DNA of 64,000 nt from Armatimonadota bacterium (lineage in GTDB: Bacteria > Armatimonadota > Fimbriimonadia > Fimbriimonadales > GBS-DC). The stretch spans positions 1 through 64,000 of the forward strand of contig JBBIJY010000009.1 in the NCBI GenBank assembly GCA_037445735.1, in the 5' to 3' direction. Of the stretch, positions 8,246 to 18,159 are shown one piece after another (position 1 is the stretch's first letter; every line of letters begins with the position of its first letter). Both the position numbers and the translations under genes were made by a program. Below the pieces are notes generated by a model that saw nothing but the letters and a program-made list of their open reading frames with translations, made no database searches and was not told where the DNA came from.

Positions 8246-10858
8246 ATGTACACACGGCAAGCTAGCCAATCAGGATCGGGGCAGATGCCGTTCCCATTCT
8301 GGTCGCTTCCTGCCCAGCAACTCATCGAACGGCTGGGCACGCGCCCTGAAGGTCTCAGCGAGTCGGAGGCAGCAAAGCGGCTCGCGCTATACGGGGCGAA
8401 TATAATCGGTCAGGCTCGCTCTGCAGGCACGGTCATTCTGCTTCTGCGGCAGTTCAGCAACCCCATCGTGCTGATTTTAATAGGCGCCGCGCTTGTGTCG
8501 GGCGCACTGGGCGATTGGACCGACACGCTTATTATCGGGTGCATCGTGCTGATTAGTGGCTTGCTGGGTTTTTGGCAAGAGGCAAGGGCATCGAACGCTA
8601 TGCAGCAGTTGCTGGCACGAGTACAGGTGCAGGCAGAAGTTATCCGGGATGGTCAGGCACACTCAATCCCCATTCACCAGCTCGTCCCTGGCGACATTGT
8701 GCAGCTCAACACTGGCGACCTGATTCCGGCTGATGGTGTGGTGTTGATAGCGCAAAACTTGATGGTGAACGAAGCGGTGCTAACGGGTGAGAGTTTCCCT
8801 GTTGAAAAAAGCCCGCAGCCCTCATCAGCAGAGGCACCTCTATGGCAGCGCACGAATGCGCTCTGGATGGGCAGCTATGTCGCCAGTGGCATGGGCACAA
8901 TGCTGGTGGTTCAAACCGGCGAACGCACACAGTTCGGTCAAATCGCCCAGCGGCTCCGGCTGCGTCCTGAAGAAACCGATTTCGAGCGCGGCGTGCGCCG
9001 ACTGGGTAACCTGCTGCTGGAGGTCACGCTGATACTGGTACTGCTGATCTTCGCCTTCAATGTTTATCTTCACCGCCCTGTTGTGGACTCGTTCCTGTTC
9101 GCCGTAGCACTGGCGGTGGGTCTTACCCCGCAGTTGCTTCCTGCTATCATCACAGTTAATCTAGCGCGCGGAGCTATTCAAATGGCTCGCGCACGCACTT
9201 TAGTTAAGCGATTAGCTGCCATTGAAAACCTGGGTAGCATGAATGTGCTTTGCTCGGATAAGACAGGCACGCTTACAGAAGGCGTGGTTCAGGTGCAGGC
9301 GGCTGTGAATGCAGAGGGCAATGCCGATGAGCATGTGCTACACTACGCCGCACTTAATGCCTGCTTGCAGCAGGGGTTTGCTAACCCCATCGATGATGCG
9401 CTCCGCAAAGTTGCCGCGATAGACCTGTCGGAATGGGAGCGGTTCGGTGAAATCCCGTATGATTTTGTGCGCAAGCGATTGAGCGTGCTGGTGCAGTACA
9501 AAGGCATTGATCCATCAGTTTTGCCCGCGCCGTTTGCTGCGTGCAAGGCGTTGCTGATTACCAAAGGTGCTCTGGAACAGGTGCTAACGGTCTGTGAGAC
9601 CGTGCTGGTGGGCACAACGGTCGCGCCATTGGCAAGCCAGCGGGATGCTATCCAGCGATGCACCGCCGAATGGTTAGCGCAGGGCTATCGAGTGCTGGGT
9701 GTTGCACTTCGCCCACTCTCCGAGCCTCCAGGCAGTATCGAGCGATCCCTGGAGAGCCAGATGACCTTTCTGGGGTGTGTCTTGCTCACGGACACGCTTA
9801 AGCCGACGGCGGCTGCCACACTGACTCAACTGCGCCAGATGGGCGTTGCGTTAAAGGTGATTACCGGCGACCATGCAGTGGTTGCCCGCCATTTGATGGC
9901 ACAACTGGGCTATCCGAATGCGCAGGTGCTTTCTGCACAGGAGTTGAGCCAGCTCGCGGAAGAAGCCCTGCTCCATCGCGTAGCTGCCGTTGATGTGTTT
10001 GCTGAGGTCGAACCCCATCAAAAGGAGCGTATTATCCGTGCGTTACGCAAGGCAGGCTATACGGTCGGCTATCTGGGCGATGGCATCAACGATGCACCTG
10101 CCCTGCACGCTGCCGATGTGGGCATCTCGGTCGACACGGCAGCCGATGTCGCCAAAGATGCCGCCGATATTGTGTTGCTGGAAAAAGACCTATCCGTGCT
10201 GGCAGAAGGCATCCGCGAAGGACGACGCACCTTTGCCAACACGCTTAAATATGTGTTCATGGCAACCAGCGCGAATTTTGGAAATATGTTCAGCATGGCA
10301 GGCGCCTCGCTCTTCCTGCCCTTTTTGCCACTGCTACCGAAACAGATCCTCCTGACTAACTTGCTGACCGATCTGCCGGAAATGGCGATAGCGACCGATC
10401 GGGTCGACGAAGAACTTCTCGCTAACCTAAGCCGCTGGGATGTCCGCCTGATCCGAAACTTTATGCTTGTGTTTGGATTGCTTAGCTCATTCTTTGATTA
10501 TCTCACCTTTGGTGTGCTACTCTGGTTTTTACAGGCAGGTGCAAAAGAGTTCCGCACAGGTTGGTTTGTAGAGTCGGTACTTTCCGCCTCGATGGTGGTG
10601 CTTGTGGTGCGTACCCGGCGTCCCTTTTTCCAGTCACCACCCAGCCACTGGTTATTGGGACTATCCGTGATCGTCTGGTTGCTCACGCTCGGACTACCTT
10701 GTTCCCCGCTCGCGGATCTGCTCGGTTTTACACCATTACCGTCTCTTTTTCTTTTAACTTTGATTGGAATATTGATAGCTTATATTTTCAGTGCAGATAT
10801 ATTAAAACAAATTTTTTGGAGAACTCTAAATCCGAGCCACGGTGCGCCATATGGTTAG
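8246..10858 (+). CDS. mgtA: Magnesium-translocating P-type ATPase
   Basis: LTGES, AVGLTPQLLP, SDKTGT, GDGINDAPAL, SANFGNMFS, FRTGWFVES; start may be 8285. Confidence 0.9.
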   Translation: MYTRQASQSGSGQMPFPFWSLPAQQLIERLGTRPEGLSESEAAKRLALYGANIIGQARSAGTVILLLRQFSNPIVLILIGAALVSGALGDWTDTLIIGCIVLISGLLGFWQEARASNAMQQLLARVQVQAEVIRDGQAHSIPIHQLVPGDIVQLNTGDLIPADGVVLIAQNLMVNEAVLTGESFPVEKSPQPSSAEAPLWQRTNALWMGSYVASGMGTMLVVQTGERTQFGQIAQRLRLRPEETDFERGVRRLGNLLLEVTLILVLLIFAFNVYLHRPVVDSFLFAVALAVGLTPQLLPAIITVNLARGAIQMARARTLVKRLAAIENLGSMNVLCSDKTGTLTEGVVQVQAAVNAEGNADEHVLHYAALNACLQQGFANPIDDALRKVAAIDLSEWERFGEIPYDFVRKRLSVLVQYKGIDPSVLPAPFAACKALLITKGALEQVLTVCETVLVGTTVAPLASQRDAIQRCTAEWLAQGYRVLGVALRPLSEPPGSIERSLESQMTFLGCVLLTDTLKPTAAATLTQLRQMGVALKVITGDHAVVARHLMAQLGYPNAQVLSAQELSQLAEEALLHRVAAVDVFAEVEPHQKERIIRALRKAGYTVGYLGDGINDAPALHAADVGISVDTAADVAKDAADIVLLEKDLSVLAEGIREGRRTFANTLKYVFMATSANFGNMFSMAGASLFLPFLPLLPKQILLTNLLTDLPEMAIATDRVDEELLANLSRWDVRLIRNFMLVFGLLSSFFDYLTFGVLLWFLQAGAKEFRTGWFVESVLSASMVVLVVRTRRPFFQSPPSHWLLGLSVIVWLLTLGLPCSPLADLLGFTPLPSLFLLTLIGILIAYIFSADILKQIFWRTLNPSHGAPYG

Positions 10859-10867
10859 GGGGTTATC

Positions 10868-11836
10868 CTAACCACTTTTGGACTGATCAGGAACACCGCT
10901 ATAGGTGGTGGAGGCGAGCGGGTCATACCGAAAGAGCCACCTGGACAGATTCACGGGCAGAAACTGCAGCAGTCGCCAGCCGACCGAAGGCTCCTCACAC
11001 AGCACCCGCCATGCGTCTCGCCACGCCCGACGCTTGATAAACTGCACAAACTGCCGATAACAGATGAGCGACTTCCTGCGCCGAAAGCTCTGCACCAGCA
11101 GCCGCCGAATGCGCGGAGTCGCTTCAGGCAAGCGACAGAGATAGTCGCACGAGAGCCAGAGCTGGTCATAGCGGAGATCATGCACGGCGGTGATACTGCT
11201 CGAATGCAGGCGACGGAAATAGAGCGATTCTGGCAACAGTGCGAACCGCGCGCCTTTAATCAAAATCTCCATATAAAAGGCGTAATCCTGCGACTGGCGA
11301 ATGTGCGCGGGATAGCGAATGGCATGCTGACGAACGAAATCGGCGCGGATCAGCGGCTTGAACGAGGGATGACAGCGGATGACCTCCTCCACGCTGTAGC
11401 GGCGCGGGTGGCGCGGGTTCTTGCCGAAGGTACTCCAGGCGGTGTAAATCACTTCGCCCGACCCGGTGATGATCGTGGAGAGGTCGGCGACCATTTCCAC
11501 CCCCATCTGCTGGGCGAACCCTACCAGCCGCTCCAGTCGCTCTTCAGCGTACCAGTCGTCCGAATCCAGCACGGCAATCCATTCGCCCTGGGCATGCTCC
11601 AGTGCGCGGTTGCGCGTGTAGCCCGCCCCCATGTTCTGCTCGTTGCGCAGGAACCGAATCCGCTCATCGCTCAGATAACGCTCAACGACGGCGACTGTCT
11701 CATCGGTGGAGGCGTCGTCCACGATAATCATCTCCCAGTCGGTCAGCGTCTGCGCCTGCACCGATTCGATGCACGCGCCGATGTAGGGCGCCACATTGTA
11801 AGCAGGCGTAATCACCGAGACCAGAGGGCGTGCCAT
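10868..11836 (-). CDS. Glycosyltransferase family 2
   Basis: VSVITPAYN, IVDDASTD, LDSDD, QDY. Confidence 0.92.
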   Translation of the reverse strand: MARPLVSVITPAYNVAPYIGACIESVQAQTLTDWEMIIVDDASTDETVAVVERYLSDERIRFLRNEQNMGAGYTRNRALEHAQGEWIAVLDSDDWYAEERLERLVGFAQQMGVEMVADLSTIITGSGEVIYTAWSTFGKNPRHPRRYSVEEVIRCHPSFKPLIRADFVRQHAIRYPAHIRQSQDYAFYMEILIKGARFALLPESLYFRRLHSSSITAVHDLRYDQLWLSCDYLCRLPEATPRIRRLLVQSFRRRKSLICYRQFVQFIKRRAWRDAWRVLCEEPSVGWRLLQFLPVNLSRWLFRYDPLASTTYSGVPDQSKSG

Positions 11837-11844
11837 CGCCCGTA

Positions 11845-12942
11845 TTATACTTCCATGTCTAGCATCACGGGCGGCAGGCGCGTGGCTTCATAGGCGCGAC
11901 TGGTGAGCGTCGCGGCATCGGGCGTGCCGCGATCGAACCGACCCGTGTCGGGATTGAAATGGCGCCGCACCTGCTCCTGCAGCCACCAGCGCGACTCCCC
12001 GATAATCTGCGAGTCGTTGGACAGGAACACGCTCAGCACATAGGGCACTTCGAAGCCCGCGGGGTTATAACCCATCGCGAACGGGTTGCGTCGCAGGGCG
12101 CGCTTGTGCGCCGCCGAGCGGCACCACTCTATCGCCTGTGTCAGGCGCGGCGAACGCCATAGCGGATGGTCGGGAAATGCCTCCTTGAGCAGAGCGAAGC
12201 CGTAGAGCGTGAAGGCGTGATAGCCGACCGAGAGCGTGTGATAGCCGAAAGTGGGAGCATTTTTGCGCTGAAGGGCAAGGCGTGCGCGGCGCCAGCCCTG
12301 CCGAAGCCAGCCCATCAGCCCGGCAAGCCTCTGCCGTCGCGCGTTGGTGGGCAAGGGGCGAATGTGCATGCCCAGCAGACCGCCACGAAGCAGGTGCAGG
12401 TGGCTCTCGATTCGGTCAAGGAACAGGCGCACGCGCTGGCAGGCGTTCGGATCGCCCAGCCGCGCCCCCATCGCGGCGAACCAGACCTGCTGATTGAGCG
12501 TCGGGTGAACCGCGCCGACCGTGCCGTCCAGATTCAGCCGATGCCAGAGCGCGTACTCGTCCGAGAAGGCGTGCTGCCAGAACAGTCGGCTTGCGATTTG
12601 AAGATATTCTGGCTCCTTCAGCACCTCGCTGGCGGTGATGAGCGCCTCCATCACCCACGCCTGCCCGATTAAACCGTTGCCAGGGCTGGGATGCCCCTGC
12701 AGGCAGTGGAACGCATAGCCGTGTGGGCACGCTTCGGGGCTGACGAGGTAGTCGGCAAGCTGCTGAACGGTGTGTCGGCAGGCGGGCTGACCTGTCTCGC
12801 GGTATGCCCACGCGTGCAGATTCAGCCAGTGGGCGCGGGTGCGCACGGGCGTCTGCGGCACGCGCCACGGTCCGTTGCAGCCCGTGTCGGCGTCGCTGAA
12901 ACGCTCCCGCACGCGCAGAAGCAGCTCGCGCAGCGTCATCAT
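11845..12942 (-). CDS. AglQ-like protein (glycosylation-cluster associated, function unclear)
   Basis: GCNGP..TPVRTRAHWL, NGLIGQAW, TLNQQVWFA, GYHAF, GYNPAGFE motifs, recalled from AglQ-like proteins; start chosen at MMTL. Confidence 0.55.
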   Translation of the reverse strand: MMTLRELLLRVRERFSDADTGCNGPWRVPQTPVRTRAHWLNLHAWAYRETGQPACRHTVQQLADYLVSPEACPHGYAFHCLQGHPSPGNGLIGQAWVMEALITASEVLKEPEYLQIASRLFWQHAFSDEYALWHRLNLDGTVGAVHPTLNQQVWFAAMGARLGDPNACQRVRLFLDRIESHLHLLRGGLLGMHIRPLPTNARRQRLAGLMGWLRQGWRRARLALQRKNAPTFGYHTLSVGYHAFTLYGFALLKEAFPDHPLWRSPRLTQAIEWCRSAAHKRALRRNPFAMGYNPAGFEVPYVLSVFLSNDSQIIGESRWWLQEQVRRHFNPDTGRFDRGTPDAATLTSRAYEATRLPPVMLDMEV

Positions 12943-12988
12943 CAGGAGATTACCTGAACGGGCAGGTATCATGCGGGCGGGCACACCG

Positions 12989-14425
12989 ATGAGCGAGAAG
13001 CCAGCCGATCCGACTCGTCAGCAGGTTCTGCGGGGGGGCGTGTACCTGCTGGTTCGGCGCGGCGTCGCGGTGCTGCTCGGCATCCTCGGCGTGCTGTTCA
13101 TCAATCGCATCGTGGGTCCGGGCGTGCAGGGTCTCTACAGCGCAGCGTATGGCGTGTTCAACTTCCTGCTGACGGTCGGGCTGATGGGCACGCACATCTA
13201 TCTGATTCGGGAGCGGCGCGATGCCCCGCGCGCGCTGTTCCATCAGGCGTTCTGGTGGCTGCTGCTGTACGGGACGGGTCTGATGCTGATGGCTGCAGGT
13301 GCGTTCTGGCTGCTGGAGCGGGGCTGGGTGCGCACGGAGCCGTTCGCGCTGGTGGCGACCGCCGTATGCCTGAGCCTGCCGCTCGCGCTGGTCAGCTATG
13401 TGCCTGCCGCGCTGCTGGAGCGGGAGCTGGACTATCGGCGGGTCGCGCTGATTGAGGTTGGGGCGCAGCTGAGCTACTATCTGCTCGCGATCCCGCTGGC
13501 GCTGGTGGGCTATGGCGTGTGGGCGCTGGTGGCAGGCTTCTGGCTCGGTCAGCTCGTCCAGGGTGGGGGCTACTTCGCTGCCGCGCGCTATCGCCCGCGC
13601 TGGCACTGGCACAGGGCACTGCTGGCGCCGATGTTGCGCTACAGCTTCAGTCAGGCGGTGTCGGGATGGGTCTATAACCTGCGCGAGCTGATGCCCGCCT
13701 TTGTGCTGCTGCCGCTGGCTGGCAGGGAGGCGGTCGGCTATCTGGCGATAGCGAACCGCTTCGTGAGCATGCTCAGTTTCGCGCAGGAGGCGGCGGGTCG
13801 GCTCTCGGTGCCCACCTTCGCGCGGGTTCAGCATGATCTTCAGCGGCTGGCGCGCGCCGTGAGCGAGGCGATGCAGCTCCAGACGCTCGCGCTCGGTGCG
13901 CCCCTTTCCGCCTTCACCCTGATCGCGCCGCTCGTGCTGCCCACCCTGCTCGGCGTCAAATGGGACACGCATGTGATCCTGATCGCGTTCACCCTGCTGG
14001 GCACACGCCTGCTGCTATCCGCCCTGTTCGCCATTCAGGGAAATGCGCTCTATGTACGCCAGCAGAACCGCCTGATGCTCTACGCGAATCTCGCCTATAT
14101 CGGCGTTCTCGTGGTGCTCGGTTCAGCGATGGTGTGGCTTTTGCCAGCGGCTTACAAACTGTACGGCTATCTGATTGCCGACCTGATTGCCCATGTGCCG
14201 ACCTATGTCATCAAGCACTGGGGGATGGTGCGGCATATCGGGCGACCGAACTATCAGATAGCGGCGGTCTGGACGGTAGCGATGCTGTGCTTGCTGACAG
14301 CCCCTGTGGTGAGCGGGTGGCTTTACCTGGTGGGCGCTGCGCTGCTGCTGACGCCTGTCAGTCGCCGCCGCTTGCGGACGCTGGCTCACGAGTTGCGCGC
14401 CAGCGCCGCTGCCTTCAATCCATAA
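12989..14425 (+). CDS. Wzx/MOP-family oligosaccharide flippase
   Basis: About 12-14 hydrophobic segments, ALLERELDY, GVWALV, AVGY; next to GT2. Confidence 0.85.
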   Translation: MSEKPADPTRQQVLRGGVYLLVRRGVAVLLGILGVLFINRIVGPGVQGLYSAAYGVFNFLLTVGLMGTHIYLIRERRDAPRALFHQAFWWLLLYGTGLMLMAAGAFWLLERGWVRTEPFALVATAVCLSLPLALVSYVPAALLERELDYRRVALIEVGAQLSYYLLAIPLALVGYGVWALVAGFWLGQLVQGGGYFAAARYRPRWHWHRALLAPMLRYSFSQAVSGWVYNLRELMPAFVLLPLAGREAVGYLAIANRFVSMLSFAQEAAGRLSVPTFARVQHDLQRLARAVSEAMQLQTLALGAPLSAFTLIAPLVLPTLLGVKWDTHVILIAFTLLGTRLLLSALFAIQGNALYVRQQNRLMLYANLAYIGVLVVLGSAMVWLLPAAYKLYGYLIADLIAHVPTYVIKHWGMVRHIGRPNYQIAAVWTVAMLCLLTAPVVSGWLYLVGAALLLTPVSRRRLRTLAHELRASAAAFNP

Positions 14426-14495
14426 CATTGGATGGGCAGAATCTGCCCATTTGGTGGGTCGATTCTGCCGATGATGAAACCGCGCCGGGTGCCGA

Positions 14496-15083
14496 TCACG
14501 CTGTGGGGGGCGTCAGGTCGGTGAGGGCGTCCCAGAGGGCGCGCCCCATCTGCTCGCAGGCGGTCAGCGCGCGCGCCTGCGCTTCGGGGCTGAGCTGGCT
14601 CAACCGCTCCAGTATTTTTTTCGCCTCGTGATGGTTCGCCGCGTGCGCCTCAAAGTAGGGTCGCACGCCGTCGGGCAGGTCGTAGTGGCGGATCAACCCA
14701 TCCAGCTTCGACCGGGCGGTGGCAGGCTGCTGCGCCTCGAACGCATAGAGGGCGCCGAGCGCGGTCGCTGGCTCGGCGAACAGCTCGCGCGCGGTGCGCA
14801 CCAACTGGCGCACCGCAGGTCGCTCTGCCTCGCCAATCGTGGTGCCCAGCGCCGTCGCGAACTGCGCCCACAGCTCGATATGCTCCTCCTCTTCATGGGC
14901 GGTGTCGGCATCGTTCTGCACGCGCCAGCCCGCCGGCAGCTCGCAGATGAACGCGCCGTACTCGCGGGCATAGTCGCGCAACGACTCCACTGGCAGGGTG
15001 CCCGCGCTCCACGCCTGATAGAACGGATGCTCCAGCAGGTTCCATCGCTCCACAATCGCGTCCAGTTGCTCCTTAATCGTCAT
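14496..15083 (-). CDS. TenA/PqqC/CADD-like heme-oxygenase-fold metalloprotein
   Basis: LLEHPFYQAWSAGTL, EEEEH.ELW, ALYAFEAQ, YFEAH; GGAGG RBS before ATG 15083. Confidence 0.8.
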   Translation of the reverse strand: MTIKEQLDAIVERWNLLEHPFYQAWSAGTLPVESLRDYAREYGAFICELPAGWRVQNDADTAHEEEEHIELWAQFATALGTTIGEAERPAVRQLVRTARELFAEPATALGALYAFEAQQPATARSKLDGLIRHYDLPDGVRPYFEAHAANHHEAKKILERLSQLSPEAQARALTACEQMGRALWDALTDLTPPTA

Positions 15084-15136
15084 CGCTGTTGCCTCCAATC
15101 GCAAGCAGTATACCCGCCATCAGGTAGAATCGTGGC

Positions 15137-16858
15137 GTGCGGAACAGCGAGGTGGCACGACTGTTCTATGAACTGGCGGACTTATCGGACTATGTGGGCG
15201 ATAATCCGTTCAAATCGCGTGCCTATCGTCAGGCAGCCCGCCTGTTAGAGACGATGCAGACCCCCATCGAGACCCTCGCCGAGCAGGGGCGCGAAGCGCT
15301 GGAGGCGATTCCGGGCATCGGCAGCGCAATCGCCGAGAAAATCATCGCCTATCTGGAGACGGGCGCGATTCCCAAACATCAGCAGCTGCTGTCGCAGGTG
15401 CCAGCGGGCATTCTGGAGGTGATGGCGGTGCCCGGCATCGGTCCGAAGACCGCCCGCCTGCTGACGGAGCGGCTCGGCGTGCAGGATTTAGCCAGCCTGC
15501 AACGCGCGCTGGAGAGCCAGCAGGTGCTGAAGCTGCCCGGCTTCGGCGAGCAGAAACGCCAGCGCCTGCTGCATCTGTTAGATTTAGTTAAGAAGTCGCG
15601 CGTGCGGCGTCCGCTGGGGTCGGTGCTGTGGCTGGGGCGCGAGCGGCTGGAATGGCTGCGCCAGCTGCCTGGGGTGCAGAACGCTTTGCTGGGCGGCTCT
15701 GTGCGCCGTATGCAGGAGACCGTCGGCGATTTGGACTATCTGGTCGCCAGCGAGCAGAACGAGGTCGTGATTGAGGCGTTCGTGCGGATGCCCGGCGTGA
15801 CGGAGGTCTTCTCGCGGGGCGAGAATCGCGCTCAGGTGTTTTTGAGCGACGGCTTGCAGGTGGATCTCAAGATTGTGCCGCCCGACAGCTGGGGCGCAGG
15901 CATGCTCTATATCACGGGTTCCAAACAGCATTCGATCCGCCTGCGCGAGCGGGCGATCGAGCGGGGCTTGAAACTGAACGAGTACGGCGTGTGGCGCGGT
16001 GTGGAGCGCGTCGCCAGCCTCACCGAAGAAGAGATGTACGCCGCGCTGGGGCTACCGTACATACCGCCCACCCTGCGCGAGGACCAGGGCGAGCTGGAAG
16101 CCGCCGAACAGGGCACACTGCCCGCGCTCATCCAGCTCGAACAGGTGCGCGGCGACCTGCAAGCCCACTCGCCATGGTCGGACGGGCGCAGCTCCACCGA
16201 ACAGCTGATGACCGCTGCCCAATCGCTTGGCTACGAGTACCTCGCGCTGACCGACCATGTGGAGATGCTGCTCTGGCATGGCGAACTGCGCGAAGTGTTC
16301 CGCCGCCGCCAGCGCGAGATCGAGCAGCTCAACGAGCGGTTCGGGGGCAAACCTTACCTGCTGAACGGGCTGGAGGTCAATATTGAAGCCGACGGCAGCC
16401 TCGATGCGCCTGACGAGCTGCTGCATGAGGCGGAGATCGTGGTGGCGGGCGTGCATCACACTCACGGTCAGCCGCCAGAGGTGATGACGCGCCGCCTGCT
16501 GCGCGCGCTGGAGCATCCCGCCGTGCATATTCTGGCGCACCCGACAGGGCGACGCTTCGGTAAGCGTGAGCCGAACGAAGCCGACTGGGAGCGCATCTTC
16601 GCCCGCGCCGCCGAGCTGGGCAAAGCCGTCGAAGTCAACGGCTACTACACCCGCATGGACCCGCCCACACCGCTCGTGCGCCTGCTGAACGAAAGCGGCG
16701 CGACCGTCGCGCTCGGCACCGACGCCCACACCGTTAGCGACCTGCGCTTTATGGAGCTGACGGTCGGACTTGCCCAGAGGGGATGGCTGACCCCAGCGCG
16801 AATCCTTAACACGCGCCCGCTGCCCGAACTGCGCAGCTGGCTGCAGCAGAGGAGGTAA
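15137..16858 (+). CDS. polX: DNA polymerase X with PHP domain
   Basis: HhH motifs (IPGIG, VPGIGPK), GSVRR..TVGDLD, GDLQAHS, TDH, AHPTGR, GTDAH. Confidence 0.95.
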   Translation: MRNSEVARLFYELADLSDYVGDNPFKSRAYRQAARLLETMQTPIETLAEQGREALEAIPGIGSAIAEKIIAYLETGAIPKHQQLLSQVPAGILEVMAVPGIGPKTARLLTERLGVQDLASLQRALESQQVLKLPGFGEQKRQRLLHLLDLVKKSRVRRPLGSVLWLGRERLEWLRQLPGVQNALLGGSVRRMQETVGDLDYLVASEQNEVVIEAFVRMPGVTEVFSRGENRAQVFLSDGLQVDLKIVPPDSWGAGMLYITGSKQHSIRLRERAIERGLKLNEYGVWRGVERVASLTEEEMYAALGLPYIPPTLREDQGELEAAEQGTLPALIQLEQVRGDLQAHSPWSDGRSSTEQLMTAAQSLGYEYLALTDHVEMLLWHGELREVFRRRQREIEQLNERFGGKPYLLNGLEVNIEADGSLDAPDELLHEAEIVVAGVHHTHGQPPEVMTRRLLRALEHPAVHILAHPTGRRFGKREPNEADWERIFARAAELGKAVEVNGYYTRMDPPTPLVRLLNESGATVALGTDAHTVSDLRFMELTVGLAQRGWLTPARILNTRPLPELRSWLQQRR

Positions 16859-16863
16859 ACGGG

Positions 16864-17109
16864 ATGATTCACGCCTTTGTAGACAGGGTGCAAACGCTGG
16901 AAAGTGGCGAGCGTGTGGCAGTGCTGATCCTGCGCTGGCGCGAGGGCGACTACTTCGAGTGGCTCGTGCCCCTCGAATGGCTCCCGCCCAACACGCGCGA
17001 GGGACACTGGCTGGTGGTGAGCTTCGAAACCGACCCGCGCACGCAGGCGCGTATGCACCAGCAGGTCGAACAACTGCTCAAAGAGTTGAAAACGGACGAT
17101 GGGGTATAA
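16864..17109 (+). CDS. DUF3006-like small protein
   Basis: VDR..AVL, LP..REG.WL, helical C-terminus; AGGAGG RBS. Confidence 0.65.
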   Translation: MIHAFVDRVQTLESGERVAVLILRWREGDYFEWLVPLEWLPPNTREGHWLVVSFETDPRTQARMHQQVEQLLKELKTDDGV

Positions 17110-17123
17110 TCGAGCGCACAGAG

Positions 17124-17170
17124 CGGACCCTTCTGACCCCAGCGCGGGTCCCAAACGGTCCGAAGGAGGG
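17124..17170 (+). promoter_or_regulatory. Putative S6:S18 ribosomal leader RNA
   Basis: Outer stem cggacc/ggtccg, inner stem gaccc/gggtc, unpaired CCA (17151-17153) just before the rpsF SD. Confidence 0.65.
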
Positions 17171-17175
17171 TACGA

Positions 17176-17499
17176 ATGATCAAACCGCGATTCTACGAAG
17201 CGATGGTGATTGTGCCGGGCAACACGGAGCAAGGTGCGGTGGACGCGCTCCTCGAGCGGTTCCGCACCCTGCTGGCGAATCAGGGCGCGCGCGTGGTGGA
17301 GGCGCGTGTCTGGGATCGGCGCAAGCTCGCCTACGAAATCAAGCATGTGAACGAGGGCATCTATCTGCTGTTTCGGTTCGAAGGTCCCCCCGCGGCGGCG
17401 GAGGAGCTGCGCCGCGTGCTGGGCATCACCGAGAGCATCCTGCGCTTCCGAATCTTCCGCCTCGAACCGGAAGAGGTGGCTGCCCTTGCGCAGACATAA
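17176..17499 (+). CDS. rpsF: 30S ribosomal protein S6
   Basis: YEAMVI, W.RRKLAYEI, EGIY, ILRF. Confidence 0.95.
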   Translation: MIKPRFYEAMVIVPGNTEQGAVDALLERFRTLLANQGARVVEARVWDRRKLAYEIKHVNEGIYLLFRFEGPPAAAEELRRVLGITESILRFRIFRLEPEEVAALAQT

Positions 17500-17510
17500 G
17501 GGGGTACACG

Positions 17511-18059
17511 ATGAACTATAATCGCATCATTCTGATAGGTCGCCTCACCCGCGATCCGGAGCTGCGCACCACGCCCGATGGCGTTGAGCTGGTGCGGTGT
17601 ACGGTCGCGGTCAACCGACGCAGCGGCGGCGAGGAAGTGGCGGACTTTTTCGACTTCGTCGCCTTTCGCCAGCAGGCGGACTTCCTGGCGAACTATGCCA
17701 CCAAAGGGCGACTGGTGCTGGTGGAGGGGCGCCTCCAGAGCCGCTCCTACACCGATCGGGAGGGCATCCGCCGCAAGGCGTACGAGGTGGTGGCGGACAC
17801 CGTGCGCCTGCTGGATCGCCCGCGCGAGGAGGAGGTAACCCCAGCCGCCGGGGCGCCCGAAGCAGGTTTTGAAGCCGCCGAATCGGGCGATGCGGCGCGA
17901 CCTGTGTCGGCAGCCGCTGTCGCACCCGCGCAGGGCGCCGCCGCCCGACGCCCTGCACCCGCCACCCAACCCGAACCTGAAGAGGAGATCGAAATCCCCG
18001 AAGAACTACTGGACGAGGATTTCGAAGTCGAGAGCGACCCCTTCGCCGAAATGCCGTGA
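17511..18059 (+). CDS. ssb: Single-stranded DNA-binding protein
   Basis: NRIILIGRLTRDPELR, KGRLVLVEGRLQSR, acidic tail with DPF; real start ATG 17511. Confidence 0.95.
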   Translation: MNYNRIILIGRLTRDPELRTTPDGVELVRCTVAVNRRSGGEEVADFFDFVAFRQQADFLANYATKGRLVLVEGRLQSRSYTDREGIRRKAYEVVADTVRLLDRPREEEVTPAAGAPEAGFEAAESGDAARPVSAAAVAPAQGAAARRPAPATQPEPEEEIEIPEELLDEDFEVESDPFAEMP

Positions 18060-18128
18060 ACTTCGTGGCACAGAAAGAGGCAAGCCGTTCCTGCCTGCAG
18101 GCGGGGTACAATCTCACCTCGCCAGAGC

Positions 18129-18159
18129 TGGACTGCGGAAGCAGGGCTTCCGCAGTCCA
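18129..18159. repeat. Palindromic repeat family B, intergenic copy in the rpsR leader
   Basis: tggactgcggaagc-agg-gcttccgcagtcca; 30/31 identical to 47750-47780. Confidence 0.9.

Noticed and set aside
16150-16185. PolX PHP motif QxH instead of HxH as an inactivation
   Set aside because: A Gln at this position occurs in other bacterial PolX proteins, and the remaining ligand motifs are intact.
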